A stretch of DNA of 64,000 bases from Squalus acanthias (taxonomy: Eukaryota). The stretch's first letter is position 1, and each line of letters begins with the position of its first letter. The DNA is taken from contig CM059431.1 in NCBI GenBank assembly GCA_030390025.1, positions 143,470,001 through 143,534,000 of the forward strand, written 5' to 3'. Positions 47,640 through 61,514 of the stretch are shown here, one piece after another. The notes under the pieces were generated by a model that worked only from the letters and a program-made list of their open reading frames with translations, was not told the origin of the DNA and did not search any database. Made by a program: the position numbers and the translations under genes.

Positions 47640-48720
47640 TATGAAGGTTAACTGGCCAACGATGCTGAACATTCACTTGTTTAACGCACACGTTTACTGA
47701 TCAGTTCCAGTAAGTGAAAGCCGGAGCCTGATGCTCAAGGCCGAGACTATTACGCATTAATTGGAAACTATCTCCCGAATTTTATCATCACTGCTCTATT
47801 GGTAATAAATAACTATCACTGCAATATAACCTGTACTATTCCTGTGACGGGAATTGTAGAAATCTAGGGTATCCAGACCAGATTAACATTATATTTCGTA
47901 TAACACCGAGATCAATAGAGCTGTGATCCGAATGTAGTTCATTCCCACAGAATTAGAATCGGGACAAAGAAACAGATAAAATCGCAACTTAAGATAATTC
48001 CAAATAAGTGTGTTTTGTTAACACAAAGAGCTCACTCTGCCCTTCCCTATGGTATTTGATTCCAGGAAACTAACAGCGATCTTTGTCCATTGCTTATGTG
48101 CCCTTTCATAGTCCAATAATAAACAGGTTTTATGGTGAGCAATATAACCGAATTGAGGTCACGGATATGAATCGGGATACAGAACGCAGTTGCCCTGCGG
48201 GGTCTTCTGAACCGCAGATGGAAGAGATGGGGGAAATTAAATAATTTTTACCAAACAAATGATTAATTACTTTGAGTAAAAGATCAGTAATTCATCAGAA
48301 CAATTCAAACAGAATGAGACCGTGTGTGATTCTGATCGAGCCCTGCACCAGAGAACAGGGCGGGAGGGATTGTACTGATCAGGCTGAAGGTCGGGTTTAG
48401 GACTGTGCTCTGTAACTGATCTTTACCCAGGGTTTGTTCATTAAACTGTATAACCCACAATGCTGACTTACCCGGACTCTCTGGAACCAGAATCAGGGAC
48501 CGCAGCACAAGGTAAGGACCCGGAATAGACTGAGCACCTTTGTAGTGTTTTATTGTAGCAGAACTGACCCAGTTCCATTTACTGGTGGTGTAGTTCAATC
48601 AGTGAAAAGTTGAGGTATCAACACTGGATCAGGTAAGAAATCATTGTTTCATTTTTTAGAAATTGGAGCTGCGTCATTTAACAGAATAAAATGTCCAAAT
48701 GTAAACTCACACATTAAAAG
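47640..48720 (+). repeat. Duplicated non-TE block copy 1 (putative promoter / 5'UTR exon)
   Basis: Homologous to 50295-51105; GC box gggcggg at ~48358; CACAAG|GTAAGG at 48512. Confidence 0.7.
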
Positions 48721-49384
48721 GATCTGATCAGAGAGAGCCAGCATGGCTTTATTGAAGTTGATTCATGTCTGACTATTCGAGTTGAATATTTTGAGAAGAT
48801 CACATATAAGGTAGACAAATGAGTGCCTTTGGATGCTATCGATGTGGACTTGCAGAAGACATTCGCTAAGGTTCCACACCAAAGATAATTGGCATAAATG
48901 AGAGCGCATGGAAATAGAGGCAGCCATTTAACTTGGATTAGATATTGTTATGGAGTTAGGAGAAAGAGTGGGGATCAATGGTATGCACTCCGATTGACAT
49001 GTTGCAAAAGCCTGACTTGTATGTGTTTGAGTGTAGAAGATTGAGGGACGATCTGACCGAGGTGTTCAAATGTTAAGAAATTTCGATATGGTAGATAGAG
49101 AGAAACAATGTCATCTGATCGGGGAATTAAGAACATGGGGAGATAGTAGAACTTTAGAATGAGACCCGAACCTAGTGAAATTACAACAAAGACAAAGTAC
49201 CACAAGTGGAATTTTAAACACGGAGATGTGTGATCAAACAAAAAAATATTGAAGAGTAACATTATCCAGCAGGTTGATGCTGGTTCATTATTGTGGGACC
49301 ATTTCTCGAGTCTGTAACAATATTCGGTGCAGAGAATATGGGATGGGTTTTGGATTGAGCTGTACTTCAGATAGCTTTTTAAAT

Positions 49385-49585
49385 ATTAAAGCTAAATATT
49401 GTGGATGCTGGAATTCTGAAATAGAAACACAACATGCTGGAAATACTCAGCAGGTTAGGCAGCATCTGTGGAGAGAGAACGTTTTCAGGATCTGACGAAA
49501 GGTCATCGGCCTGAAACGTTGAATCTTTCTCTCTCCACAGATGCAGTCTGACCTGCTGAGTATTTCCAGCATTTTCAGCTCTTAT
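49385..49585 (+). mobile_element. Short foldback Penelope-like remnant with a hammerhead core
   Basis: Same arms as 24811-25451; CTGACGA at 49492-49498, AGG...CCT stem, GAAACGTT at 49513-49520. Confidence 0.72.
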
Positions 49586-50294
49586 ACATTGTTTGTGGTG
49601 GATGGGTATTTAGACAGGCCGCAGAGGAAGGAAGCAGGGACGGTAATCAGGCATGGTGCAGGTGGACAGTGAAGGAGCGGGAGAGTCAGATATAGAGCAG
49701 GAGGGCAAACAGGTGTGGGAAGATCGGCACGGAGCAGGAGGAAAGAAAGGACAATGATAACATTAGTATTGCAGCAGGTGGAGAGGAATAAAGGGTTAGC
49801 GGGAGATAGTTAGAGGTGGAGGAATGTTGTAGAGTAGGAGGCAGTTACAGATGCAGGGGACATTCAGGCATGGAGCAGGTGGGATGGAGCACCTGGGGAA
49901 GGGAAGTTAGTAAAGAATCAGACAAAGAGCTGCTGGGAATGGAAACAGGGGGAGAAACAGATGCGGAAGCTGTCGGGGGGGGGGGGGGAAGAAAACTTTA
50001 AAGACCAGGCACAGCACCGGTGGGGGAAGCAGACGGTAAAAGGGAGGGATTTCAAACACGGAGCAGGGAGAGCTGTAACCAAACTGGGAGCGGCAGCACA
50101 GAGAAGCAGGAATGGAATTGAGACACGGAGCAGTCGCAATCAGTTGCCTGAACTTGTAATACTTTTATTCAATACAAGAGCTAATTAGCAAATGAATTCA
50201 ATGTTCAGAGTTTCCCAGTCTCATAATAAATATAATCCGCTGCTAAACTGTTATTTGAAAGATTATAAGAAAGTGTGAAATTGCATCACGACCA

Positions 50295-51105
50295 CTAAAA
50301 GTTAACAGGTCGATGAAGCAGATTTTCACTCGTTTACCGCCCACATTGACTGGTTCAGTTCCAGTTACTGAAACCTGAAGCCTGCGACTCATGGGTGTGA
50401 ACATCCTGGTCAAGGCCCAGACTGTTACTCATTAACTAGAGGCTAGTTGTTAGAGATTGTAATCAGTGATCTTTGTCCCTTCCCATCTCTGCCCTTCTCT
50501 GGTCCTATAATAACAAATTTTTTGCTGAGCAATGAAATATAGTTGAGGATCTGAAACTGATTCCGGCTACAGAAAACGGTTTCACTGCGGGGTTTTCTGA
50601 TCCGCAGATGGAAGAGCTGTGGGGAAATGTAGTCATTGTTACCGCATAGAGGATTAATGACTTTGGGTCAAAGGTCAGTAATTTATCAGAACAATTCAAA
50701 CTGAATGCGACAGTGTGTGATTCAGATCGGGCACTGCATCAGAGAACAGGTCGGGGAGGGATTGTACTGATCAGGCTGAAGGTCGTGTTTATGACTGTGA
50801 TGTGTAACTATATTTACCCAGGATGTGTTCATTAACTTGCAGAACACACAACGCTAACTTACCCGGACTCTCTGGATCCAGAATCAGGAGCCGCAGCACA
50901 AGGTAAGGACCCGGAATGTCCTGAGTAAAATGTTTGCGTTTCAAAGTAGCGAAATCGCCGTTTATTTGTGCAGTAGTTCAAAGATAGAGACAAGTTAACA
51001 TGACAATAATGGCCAGGTAACAAAAAGTGTATTATCAGAAATTAATTTACTGGGAGTTGTGTGATTTAACAGAATAAAACTTCCAATGTAATTTCACACG
51101 CTAAA
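50295..51105 (+). repeat. Duplicated non-TE block copy 2 (putative promoter / 5'UTR exon)
   Basis: Homologous to 47640-48720; CACAAG|GTAAGG at 50903. Confidence 0.7.
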
Positions 51106-51184
51106 ATTCTGCTGCTGTAAATAGTATTCAATTACATTTATCATGTAAAGCACGCTTAGGAACAAAGAGTCAGAGGGCTACGTC

Positions 51185-54100
51185 ATAGAAGCATAGAATC
51201 ATTCAGCACAGAAGGCCCATCGAGCCTGTCCCAGAACTGTAAAACAGCAATCCAATTAGTCCCACTCCCCGCTCTCTCCCCTGAGCCCTACAATTGTCTC
51301 TCCTTTAATTATTTATCCAATTCTCTTTTAAAAGGTACTATTGCATTTTCTTCTACCACTCTTTCAGGCATTGCATTCCAGAAATATAATAACTCGATGC
51401 CTAAAAATATCTCCTCATTTCACCTCTGGCACTTTTGCCAATTGCTTTAAATCTGTGTCTTCTTTATACCGACCCTTCTGTCAGTAGACACAGTTTCTCC
51501 TTATTTATTCTATGAAAATGGGGAAACGTTTCATGAAATTTAGCGCCTCATTAAATCTCGTCTTAACCTTTGATTTAAGGCGAACAATCCCATCTTCTCT
51601 AGTCTCTTCATGTAACTGAAGTTCCTCATTTCTGTTACCACTCTAGTAAATCTCCTCTGCACCCTCTGCAAAGCTCCGACAGCCTTCCTAAAGTGTGGTG
51701 ACCAGAATTGAACACAATGCTCCAGGTGAGGCTGAACCAGTGTTTGGTAAAGGTTTAGCATAACTTCCTTGCTTTGCACTCTCTGGGTACAACTGTGGCA
51801 GATGGAGATCAGTTTGGGAAAGTGTGAGGTCATTCACGTTGGACCCAAAAACCGTAGATCAGTGTATTTTTTAATTGGTTAGAAGATAGGAACTATGGAT
51901 GAGCAGAGAGAACTAGGGGTCCAAGTACATAAATCACTAGAAGCTAGTGGGCATGTACCAAAAATAAGTAAAAGTCGAATGGAATGTTGGCCATTATCTC
52001 GATGGCTGGAATACAAAGGGGTAGAAGTTCTGTTCCAGCTTTACAGAGCTCTGGTTAGACCCATTTACAGAACTGTGTATAGTTCTGGGCACCGCACCTC
52101 GGCAACAATATCTTGGCTTTGGAGGTGGTGCAGCTCAGATTCACCAGAACGATACCGGGGCTAAAAGCTTTAAATTATGAGGATAGATTGCATTGACGAA
52201 GCTTTTATTCCCTTGTTATACAAGATTAATGGGTGAACTAATTGAGGTGTTTAAGTTGATCAAAGGAATAACTGGGATAGAAGGAGTTAAACTTTGGTGG
52301 ACGGGTCGAGAAAAAGGGACATAAACTTAAACACAGAGCTCGGCCGCTCAGGGGTGATGTTTGAAAGCACTTCTTCAGACACAGTGTAGTGGAAATCTGG
52401 AACACCTGCCTTCAAAAAGCTGTTGCGTTTCGGTCAATTGAAAATTACAAAACTGCCATTGATAGATTTTTGTTAGGCAATGGTATTTAGGGTTATGGAA
52501 CCAAGGCGGGTAAAAGGAGTTAAGATACAGCTCAGCCATGATCGAATTGAATGGAGGAACAAGCTCGAACTAATGAGTGGCCTACTCCTGTTCCTATGTT
52601 CCTATATTCCTATGCCACTATTTATAAACAAATGGTCTCGTATACTTTTCTAAATGATTTATCGTCCTATCCTGCCACCTTCAAAGATTTCTCTATGTGT
52701 ACCCCCATTTATTTATGTTCCTGCCACCCCTTTAAAATTGTAACATTTAGTTTATATTGCCTCATTCTTCCTTCTAAAAACCCTAAACATAAATTCATCA
52801 CTTCACACTTCTCTGCGTAAAATTTCACCGGCCATGTGTTTGTCTATTTCACCAGACGGTCTATTTCCTTCTGAAATCTTCTGCTGTCCTCCTCACGGTT
52901 TACGACTTTTCCGAGATTCGTGTCATCTACAAACTTTTAAATTATGCTCTGTATACCCAAGTCCAGGTCACTAATATATCAAAAAGAGCAGGAGCCCTAA
53001 TACCGAGCCCTGGGGTCACCACTGTATATTTCCCACCAGAGTGAAAAATATCGGTTCACAACTATTGTCTGTTTTCTGTCCCTTCGCTAATTTAGTATCC
53101 ACTCTGCCACTGCTCCTTTAATATCATTGGTTCCAATTTTGGTAACGAGTCTATCATGAGGTAATTCATCAAACGCCTTCTGAAAGTCCACATACAGAAC
53201 ATCAACTGCACTACCTTCATTAACCCTGTCCTATTTCATCCATTAACCCAATCAAGTCAGCCAGATTTGATTTGCCTTTAAAAAAGTCAATTTTGGCTGT
53301 CGCTATTATTTGTATTCGGTTATTTGATGTGGGCGTCGCTGGCAAGGCCAGCATTTATTGCACATCCCTAATTGCCCTTGAGAAGGTGGTGGTGAGCCGC
53401 CTTCTTGAACCGCTGCAGTCTGTGTGGTGAAGGTATTCCCACAGTGCTGATAGGTAGGGAGTTCCAGAAGTTTGACCCATCGACGATGAAGGATCGGCGA
53501 TATACTTCTAAGTCAGGATGATATTGGAGGGTAAAGTGGAGGTGTTGGAGTTCCCATGCGCATGCTGCCCTTGTCCTTCTAGGTGGAAGAGGCCGCGAGT
53601 TTGGGAGGCGATCCCGAAGAAGCCTTGGCGAGTTGCTGCAGTGCATCTTGTAGATGGTACACACTGCAGCCAAGGCACGCCAGTGCTGGAGGGAGTCACG
53701 TTTTAAGGTGGTAGATGGAGTGCTAATCAAGCGGACTGCTTTGTCCTGGATGGTGTCGAGCCTCTTGAGTGTTGTTGGAGCTGCACTCATCCGGGCACGT
53801 AGCGAGTATTCCATCACATTTCGTACTTGTGCCTTGTAAATGGTGGAAAGTATTTGGGGAGTCAGGAGGTGAGACACTCGCCGCAGAATACCTAGCCTCT
53901 GATCTGCTCTTATTGCCACAGTATTGATGTGGCTGGTCCAGTTAAGTTTCTGGTCAATGGTGACCCCCAGGATATTAATAGAAGGGAATTTGGCGATTGT
54001 TAGACTCTCGCTCGCTTGTGGGAGATAGTCATTGCCTGGCACATCTGTGGCGCGAATTTTATCTGCCACGTATTAACCCAAGCCTGAACGTCGTCCAGGT

Positions 54101-54850
54101 CTTGTTCCATGTGGCCATGGGGTGCTTCATTATCTGAGGAGTTGTGAATGGCACTGAACACTGTGCAATCATCAGCGAACAACCCCATTTCTGACCTTAT
54201 GTTGGAGGGAAGATCATTGATGAAACAGCTGAAGATGGTTGGGCCGAGGACATTGTCTCGAGGAACTACTGCAGCGATGTCCTGGGGCTGTGATGATTTC
54301 CCTTCAATCACAACAACCATCTTCCTTTGTATTAACTCATGTTCTTCCAAGTGACAATGAATTTTGATTTGGATTTTTCTCCCTTGAAGTTTCCTCCTCA
54401 TCAATGTTAAACTGGGTCGCCTGTAGTTATTTGGTTCATCACTCTCCACTTTATTTTATCAGGGAAGTAACATTTGCAGTCCTCTGGCACCTTTCCCAAA
54501 TCGAAGGATTGGGAGGTTGGGGCAGAGCGGGTGACTTTTCTACTTTGAGCATTGCCAACCGTTTTAGTACATCGTCCAAATCTATTTATATCCTCTCCAA
54601 TTTCTCTACCACCTCCTCCTTTGCTGAACCGTTGGCAGCATCCTCTCGTTTAGTGAATACGGAGGCAAAGTGTTAATTTAGTGCCTCAGCCATGTCCTCT
54701 GCTTCCATAAGATGATTACCTTTTTCGTCGTTAATCGGCCCCAACTTTCCTTGGACTATTCGTTCACGCTTTATATGTTTCTAAAAGGCTTTAGTGTTGC
54801 CTATTACATTACCGATAATCATTTCTCATACATTCTCCTTGCCCCTCTGT
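51185..54850 (-). mobile_element. Nested LINE stack: old minus-strand CR1 interrupted by a plus-strand CR1 3' part (~51785-52610) and a minus-strand second-family LINE (~53310-54330)
   Basis: ORFs 51540-51833(-), 51895-52164(+), 53368-54069(-) and 54000-54449(-, FADD). The host CR1 resumes after each insert. Confidence 0.8.
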
Positions 54851-55247
54851 TGTTGCTGCTGTATGTTTATTACACTAGTGGCAGCGTTAGTGAAGCAGCA
54901 AAGTACTAAATTTTATAAAGTCTCAAACTGGTTATAAATTAACTGAATCACTTTTACATTTCCACAGTGGGGAAGGGATAGGACTTGATTGATAATTTCA
55001 ATGGACGCACGTGCGAGGGAACACACACAAGTGGAGAATAGTGATTGTAAAACGGCAGTAAATTCTACCACTTGTATATTCATGGTGTTTTCTGAGATCC
55101 CAGAGCTGTAGTGATGGGGGAGGAGGGACTTGATATCATGTTTAACACGGCAACATTCTCTTTCTCATTTTAATATTTCCCTGGAACCCTCCTGTTAATA
55201 TTATATTCGTTACAGAGCATCAGAGCCTGGGAACGCCTGTCACCAAC

Positions 55248-55311
55248 ATGGCTGAAGGTCCAAACAGGGGAGAAGATTCAACATCCTCAAAAAGAATGAG
55301 AATGGACACAG
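55248..55311 (+). CDS. Probable NLR (NACHT-LRR) family gene, first coding exon
   Basis: Acceptor ttacAG at 55214-55215; ccaacATGG Kozak context; MAEGPNRGEDSTSSKRMRMDT; donor CAG|GTTGGT, phase 1, matching the next exon. Confidence 0.68.
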
Positions 55312-55399
55312 GTTGGTTCACAAAATATTTTAAAATACAATTTCTGTCCCGACATAAAATCCAGATCTGGTGCATGAATCTGCAGCTCACATAGGTCGC

Positions 55400-58300
55400 G
55401 GGAACAGGACAGGGACGGAGTACAAAGAGGCAAGTGAGTGACAATCGAGAGGGACACCACAGTCACAGGTGGAGGCAGTCACTGAGTACTGGAACTGGTA
55501 TTGGAGAGTGTAAGGTGGATAGAGACAGTGACTCAGAGGAGGGTCTTCCTGAACAACAGTGTGACTCCAGAGAGCAGGAGACCAACCAGTGGGGCGAGAA
55601 TGAGAGGCAGGTGGGACACAGGAATAGGGGAACGATACTACTGGCAGATTGTATAGTCAGGGGAATAAACAACCTCTTCTGCAGGCCTGAGCATATTCCA
55701 AATGGTTAGCTGCTTCCCTGGTGCCAGTGGGAATAACATCTTTGAACGGGTGGGACCACCTCTGGGAAGCAAAGGAGAGCAGAAAATAGCCATGTTCGGA
55801 ACCAGTAACACGGATAGAAATACGTTGAGAGAAGGACTATTAAGACGTAGGCATCAACCTAAGAAACAGACCTCACGCTGTTGAGCTCCGGATTGTTTTG
55901 TAGTTGGCTGCTTAATGTGGGAAATATGAGGCTGGTCAATGTGCGGCTGCAGGGCTGGAGCAGGGCTGGAGCTTTCACGTTCTTGGGGCGTTAGAGTGAG
56001 TTCCGTTGGAAGGGAAGGGACCGTCGCCCTCTGTACCGACCAACAATAATGGTTTTACAGAAAAGGTGAATGGAGCAGTGGAAGGGTATCAGGGGATATG
56101 ACTGGAGTGTGGGAATTATCCGGATCTGAGACGAGAGAGCGTAATTCATAAAAATGCTGGAGTTGAAACAGAAGATTTAAGAAATAGTGAAAAGTTGTTG
56201 GCAAGAAAAAGGAAAGTGGATTTGAAGTAGTGAGAGATAAAGTTGTTTTTTTAAAACGAAGAAACGGGGAAAAGTCAACATTTCAAACGTTGGAGCTAGT
56301 ATTGAGTGTTGTGTGTGTGTGTGAGTGTACAAATCATTCGAAACTTTCAGAAGCATGAGAGATGTGATCTAGTATCTATAAGACAGAGCCTTGGTTTTCA
56401 CAGGACTCAGAGGGAGATGTTTCTGGTGATAACATGTTTACGGAAGAGCAAACAATTTGTGAACGCCAGTATCAATAAAGCGTTCTAAGACAGCGCAAGA
56501 ACAACAGCAAGAACAAACTGGCGTTTATATAGCGGCATTAATGTTGAAAAACGTCTCAAGGTGATTCACAGGAGTGTTATCAATCAAAATTTGACACCGA
56601 GTCACATAAGGAGATATTAGGACAAGTAAAGTTTAAGGAATGTTGAAAGGAGGAGAGCGCGAGAGAGGCGAAGTGGTTTAGAACATACGGGTGTTCTAGG
56701 GAGCTATGCTCAGATGGAATTCATATGTAGGCAGTTCAGCAACAGGAAGGGAAATAGCACAATTCTCAGTGGGTTTTGCAGGCCAGCAAGCAGTTGAGGT
56801 GAGATAGAGGGGTGGCTGGGGAAACTAGTTGTGAAGGATGCAATTTTGGTGAGAAACAAAATATTTCCTTTACTTTATAAAAGTGATGGTGGAAGTGAAG
56901 TTTTGATGTACTAGAGGAGGATGTGGGTCCACAGTTGGAGATTACTGTAGAGAAGGATTTGGATCTGAGTAAAATAGCCGAGGTGGAGAAGTCACTGGGC
57001 TCAGAGATAATGCACCCCAGGCTGTTAAAGGAAGTCATAGAGGAAATAGGAGGGACTGACCACAACATTTCAACGCACGTTTAATGTCAAAAATATACAG
57101 GTGGACTGAAGGAGCACAAGTAATGTTTCTGTTCTAATGTGGAGAGAGGATGAACCTTGTTACTGGAGACAATTGAGTAGAAACTCCTTAAATCTGTTAA
57201 TTCAGATCGAATTAGCGAGCATTTAGCGAGAATGAGGATGATGAGGGGAGGCTGGAACGGATTAGCTGTAGAAAAGTCGTATGTGACAATTTTACGAACA
57301 ATGACGGACAGGTAAATACCCTTTGGTCTATCCAGACTTTCCCAGGCAATTGCGATACTTTGTCATACTTTGTTCTAGCTGTCCCAAAGAAAAACATTTC
57401 ACCTCCTGGGTGAGGTGAAAAAAAAAGGTAAAAACACAGGCCAATTTGGGGGATTAAAATACTGGAAATTCCTCTCCGACCCTTCTAGGCGAATGAAACA
57501 AGTCCAGCAGATCAATCTTACACTGTATTCCCGGAAGTGCCAACCTGTTGTAAGAGGTGATGTCCGCCCCAAACAGGAACAGGTTCAGCTCTCGCCTGAA
57601 GGAATTCAGCGAATCAGCGTCCACCGCGACAGAAGATATCCTGTTCCACAGGTCGACTATTCTCTGGGAAAAGAACCACCTCCTGATATCTAACTTAAAT
57701 ATGGCCTTGCACAACTTAAAATTGTGACCCCTGGCCCTCCCAAACCTATTTAATTGGAACAAGCTGTCAAATGGAACACAATCGATTCCCTTCATCATCT
57801 TATAAACCTCAATCAGATCACCCCTGAGTCTTTGCTTCTCTAAATTGTAGAGTCCAAATTCTTAGCCTATCTTGATAACTAAGTTATTTATACTGGGAAT
57901 TAGTCTAATGACCCTTCGCTGCAACAGTTTCAAAGCCTCAATATCACCCACCATGTGAGGAGACCAAAACTGGACACAGTATTCCAAGTGAAGCCTTTAC
58001 CAAGGTCTTGTAGTAGGACAAAATAGGTCCTCTTATACCCAACTGTCCTATGAATGCACCCTCTTTGCTCTAGCTATCGCTTCACGGCATTGCTCCTGTA
58101 CCTTTAGAGATGTATGCACTAGAATGCCCGGATCTTCCTTTATCCCCCTTATTTAATGCTTCTCCATGAAGGGTGTTTGGATGTTGAGCATTCGCACTGC
58201 CCACAGGCACAACACGGCATTTATCCAAGCTAAACATAATTTGCCAGTCATGTGCCCAATCTCCCAACACATTAAGATGCAGTTTTGTTGAGAATTGACG

Positions 58301-58420
58301 TTACAGGTTGATCGAATTTTTAAATGCGCTGTATATGTGAGTTATCAGAAGGTGTTTGATAATGTGGCTCACAGGAAGCTTTAGCCGTTTGGTATACGAT
58401 GAAATGTAGCCGCCTGGATA
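55400..58420. mobile_element. Intronic degenerate plus-strand CR1 (ORF1 esterase and ORF2 remnants), with an L2 3' end (~56505-56680) and a minus-strand CR1-type 3' part (~57440-58270)
   Basis: ILLADCIVRGI / VSCFPGA resemble ORF1 at 16791-17747; ORF 57454-57798 has ARGHNFKL and FFSQRIVDLWN. Confidence 0.68.
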
Positions 58421-58463
58421 GAAAGTGGATAATGTGTTTAATTTTCTCCATTTGTGTTCACAG

Positions 58464-58630
58464 ATCCGAACTCTACAATCACTGAGTTCTTGACAAAGTG
58501 CGACGATTACCAGCTGTTCCAGTTGACGAAATTCTACCGGGACAGACTGGAACAGGCGATTGAAGGAGGGGTGGACGGAGTCAGCTCGTTGTTAACATAC
58601 GAGAGTCATTTCAGTGGACAAGAACATCGG
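58464..58630 (+). CDS. Probable NLR family gene, second coding exon (helical, death-fold/CARD-like N-terminal domain)
   Basis: Strong acceptor ttttctccatttgtgttcacAG and donor CGG|GTAAGT; encodes (D)PNSTITEFLTKCDDYQLFQLTKFYRDRLEQAIEGGVDGVSSLLTYESHFSGQEHR. I recall this N-terminus from shark NLRP3/NLRC3-like proteins; NACHT/LRR exons are not in the window. Confidence 0.75.
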
Positions 58631-59349
58631 GTAAGTGGGAGGGACAGAGAATGAGTTTGGATTATTTAAACATCACAGAGCTGACAGGATATCAGATCTT
58701 AGAATCAGAGAATGTTACACAAGAGAAACACGCCAAATCGGAAAGAAATGGATAAAACTGAAAATATAGTGAATCTGAAACAATGATATGAAGAGGTGAA
58801 AATACCCAGCGGATCCGTCAGAATCTGTACAAAGGACAGGGGAACGGTTCGTATATAACTCTTGTTTGGACTGAAAACAAAGGGAAACAGTTTTAGTGGG
58901 ACTGGGAAAATGAGAGACCAGAGGCAAAAGACAGGGATTAAAGGGAAGGTCATGAGTTTACTGACCTGGAAACTACTTGACGTAAATTAAGGAACCATCA
59001 TCTGTGGCGTAAATGATAGACATTTCAATAACAAAAACAAAATGGTAAAATGCTTAAAATGTATGAGACCCGAACAGGAAAACTAACCCCCGACGCTGTG
59101 CAGGTTTTTCCTCCCTCTCCATCACCGGGGGTCAATTCCAACTTCGGCAGAGACTCAATCCGGGCGGTAGAACCTGTCGTGGAGCGTCACTCCCCGGGAC
59201 AGCACTTCAGGAAATTACAGCAAACAGTCTGTATTGTTCTGTCAGTCACCTTTAATGGAATAGAACTAAATGGAAATGATAATCGGGCAGTGTGTATAAT
59301 GGACGATCGACCTGCTGCCAACTTTCCCAGATGATAATCTAGGAAATTT

Positions 59350-60392
59350 ACTCTAATCCCCAAACTCCTGCTCACTACACATTACCGTTACTATCCCACC
59401 TAGTCTAATCCCATCCTCATGCTCACTGCACATTACTGTTAATATCCCACCTAGTCTAATCCCAACCACCTGCTCACTACCCATTACCGTTAATATCCCA
59501 CTTAGTCTAATCCCAGCCTTCTGCTAACTACCCATTACCGTTAATATCCCACCTAGTCTAATACCAACCTCCTGCTCACTACCCATTACCGTTAATATCC
59601 CACCTAATCTAATCCCATCCTCCTTCCTTCTACCCATTACTGCTAATATCCCACCTAGTCGAATCCTAACCGCCTGCTCACTACCCATTAAATTAATATC
59701 CCACCTGGTATACTCCCAACCTCCTCTTCACTAACTATTACCGTTAATATCCCACCTGATCTAATCCCAACCTCCTGCTCACCACCCATTACTGTTAATA
59801 TCCCACCTAGTCTAATCCCAACCTCCTGCTCACTATCCATTACCTTTGATATGCAAGCTAGTCTAACCCCAATCTCCTGCTCACTGCCCATTTCCGTTAA
59901 CACTCCCCCTAGTCAAATCCCAACGTCCTGCTCACTACCCATTACCATTAATATCACACCTAGTCTAATCCCAATCTCCTGCTCACTGCCCATTACCGTT
60001 AATATCTCACCTAGTCTAATCCCAAACTCCTGCTCACTCCCCATTACCGTTAATATCCCACCTAGTCTAATCCCAAACTGCTGCTACGTACCCATTACCG
60101 GTAATATCCCACCTAGTGAATCCCAACCTCCTGCTCGCTGCCCATTACCGTTAATATCCCACCTAGTCTAATCCCAACCTCCTGCTAACTACGCATTACT
60201 GTTAATATCCCACCTAGTCTAATCCCAACCTCCTGCTAACTACACATTACTGTTAATATCCCACCTAGTCTAATCCCAACCTCCTGCTCGCTGCCCATTA
60301 CCGTTAATATCCCACCTAGTCTAATCCCAACCTCCTGCTAACTACCCATTACTGTTAATATCCCACCTAGTCTAATCCCAACCTCCTGCTGA
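59350..60392. repeat. 51-bp minisatellite, ~20 copies, intronic
   Basis: Unit cctagtctaatcccaacctcctgctcactacccattaccgttaatatccca. Confidence 0.93.
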
Positions 60393-61514
60393 CCGCATGT
60401 GGTTAGTATCCCCAATAGTCCAGGTGCAATCTTCTGTTCACTTCCCATACTCCAACATTCCTTTCTCTCCACGCAGCAATCGAAATAGATTTTATCAAAA
60501 AAATGTCAACTTCCTTCCAGAATAGTTTGTGGGATTGAATTATGCTTTCTAACCACCTCGTGTGTAAATTCATTTATCAAACTTCACCTCGAATTATTCG
60601 AATTAGCCTTAATATATGTCCTCTGGCCAATCAGTGGAAACTATCAATAGCTATTTATTTGATCATAACTCTTCAGAATCTGAAGACTTGCAGCAACTCC
60701 TCAATTAATCTGCTCACCTCTAGTGGAATGAGCCCAACGTTCTCAAATCGTAGTCTCTAACAGTAACTCCACATCCCTGGTAACATCCTAGTGCCATTGC
60801 ACGCCAATTTATCCATTGCTTTTTCATTCTATAAAAGGAGTGTCCAGACCTGTACAAAACTGGGTAAATTACCTGTTCCTGTGCTCTTGGTGTGGAACGT
60901 CACTCCCTAGGGGGGAACATGAGGAAATTCAGACTTCTCAGTCTATCATTTGCCGTCCGCTCACTTTAATGGTTTGGTTTCTGCACCATTGTGTTCACGG
61001 AGTGAGTGACTGGGGATGAAATAGTGGTAGCTTCATAGTTTTGTAATTGGCCAGATTTTGCGGTAGAAATAACGGTGCGGCAAACAGCGCTCGCTGTTAT
61101 TGAAGTGTAAATTGGACAGTAACTTCCAGCGACCTCGCATGCGGAGTTAAACTCGAAAATCGGGAAGGTCCTGTCCGGAATTCCCAGCTGCTCCCAAAGC
61201 TGCGCGAGAATGGTATCTCGCCGAGAGACTCGCCATTGAAATGCATGGAACGGCTTAGCATTACTGCACTTACCTGATAGATATACACACGAAACTCGGC
61301 AGGAAAAGTCAGGGCTTGCCTATGCCAGTGTACTTATTTGTTTAACGGCGTGATCAGTCTTAACTAATGCCAGACAACTTCTCTTGCACCGAAAATTAAC
61401 TTTTACAAGTGTTTAGTCTCATTCCTTCGGATTTTAATTATTGTTGGAGCTGTACAAACAAAAAATTCTATAATGTTTGTACCTTTTCTTTCTGTCTCTT
61501 TTTCGCTCCCTCTG

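Noticed and set aside
59350..60392. Telomere-like ctaatccc motifs
   Set aside because: Part of a 51-bp unit, not (CCCTAA)n.
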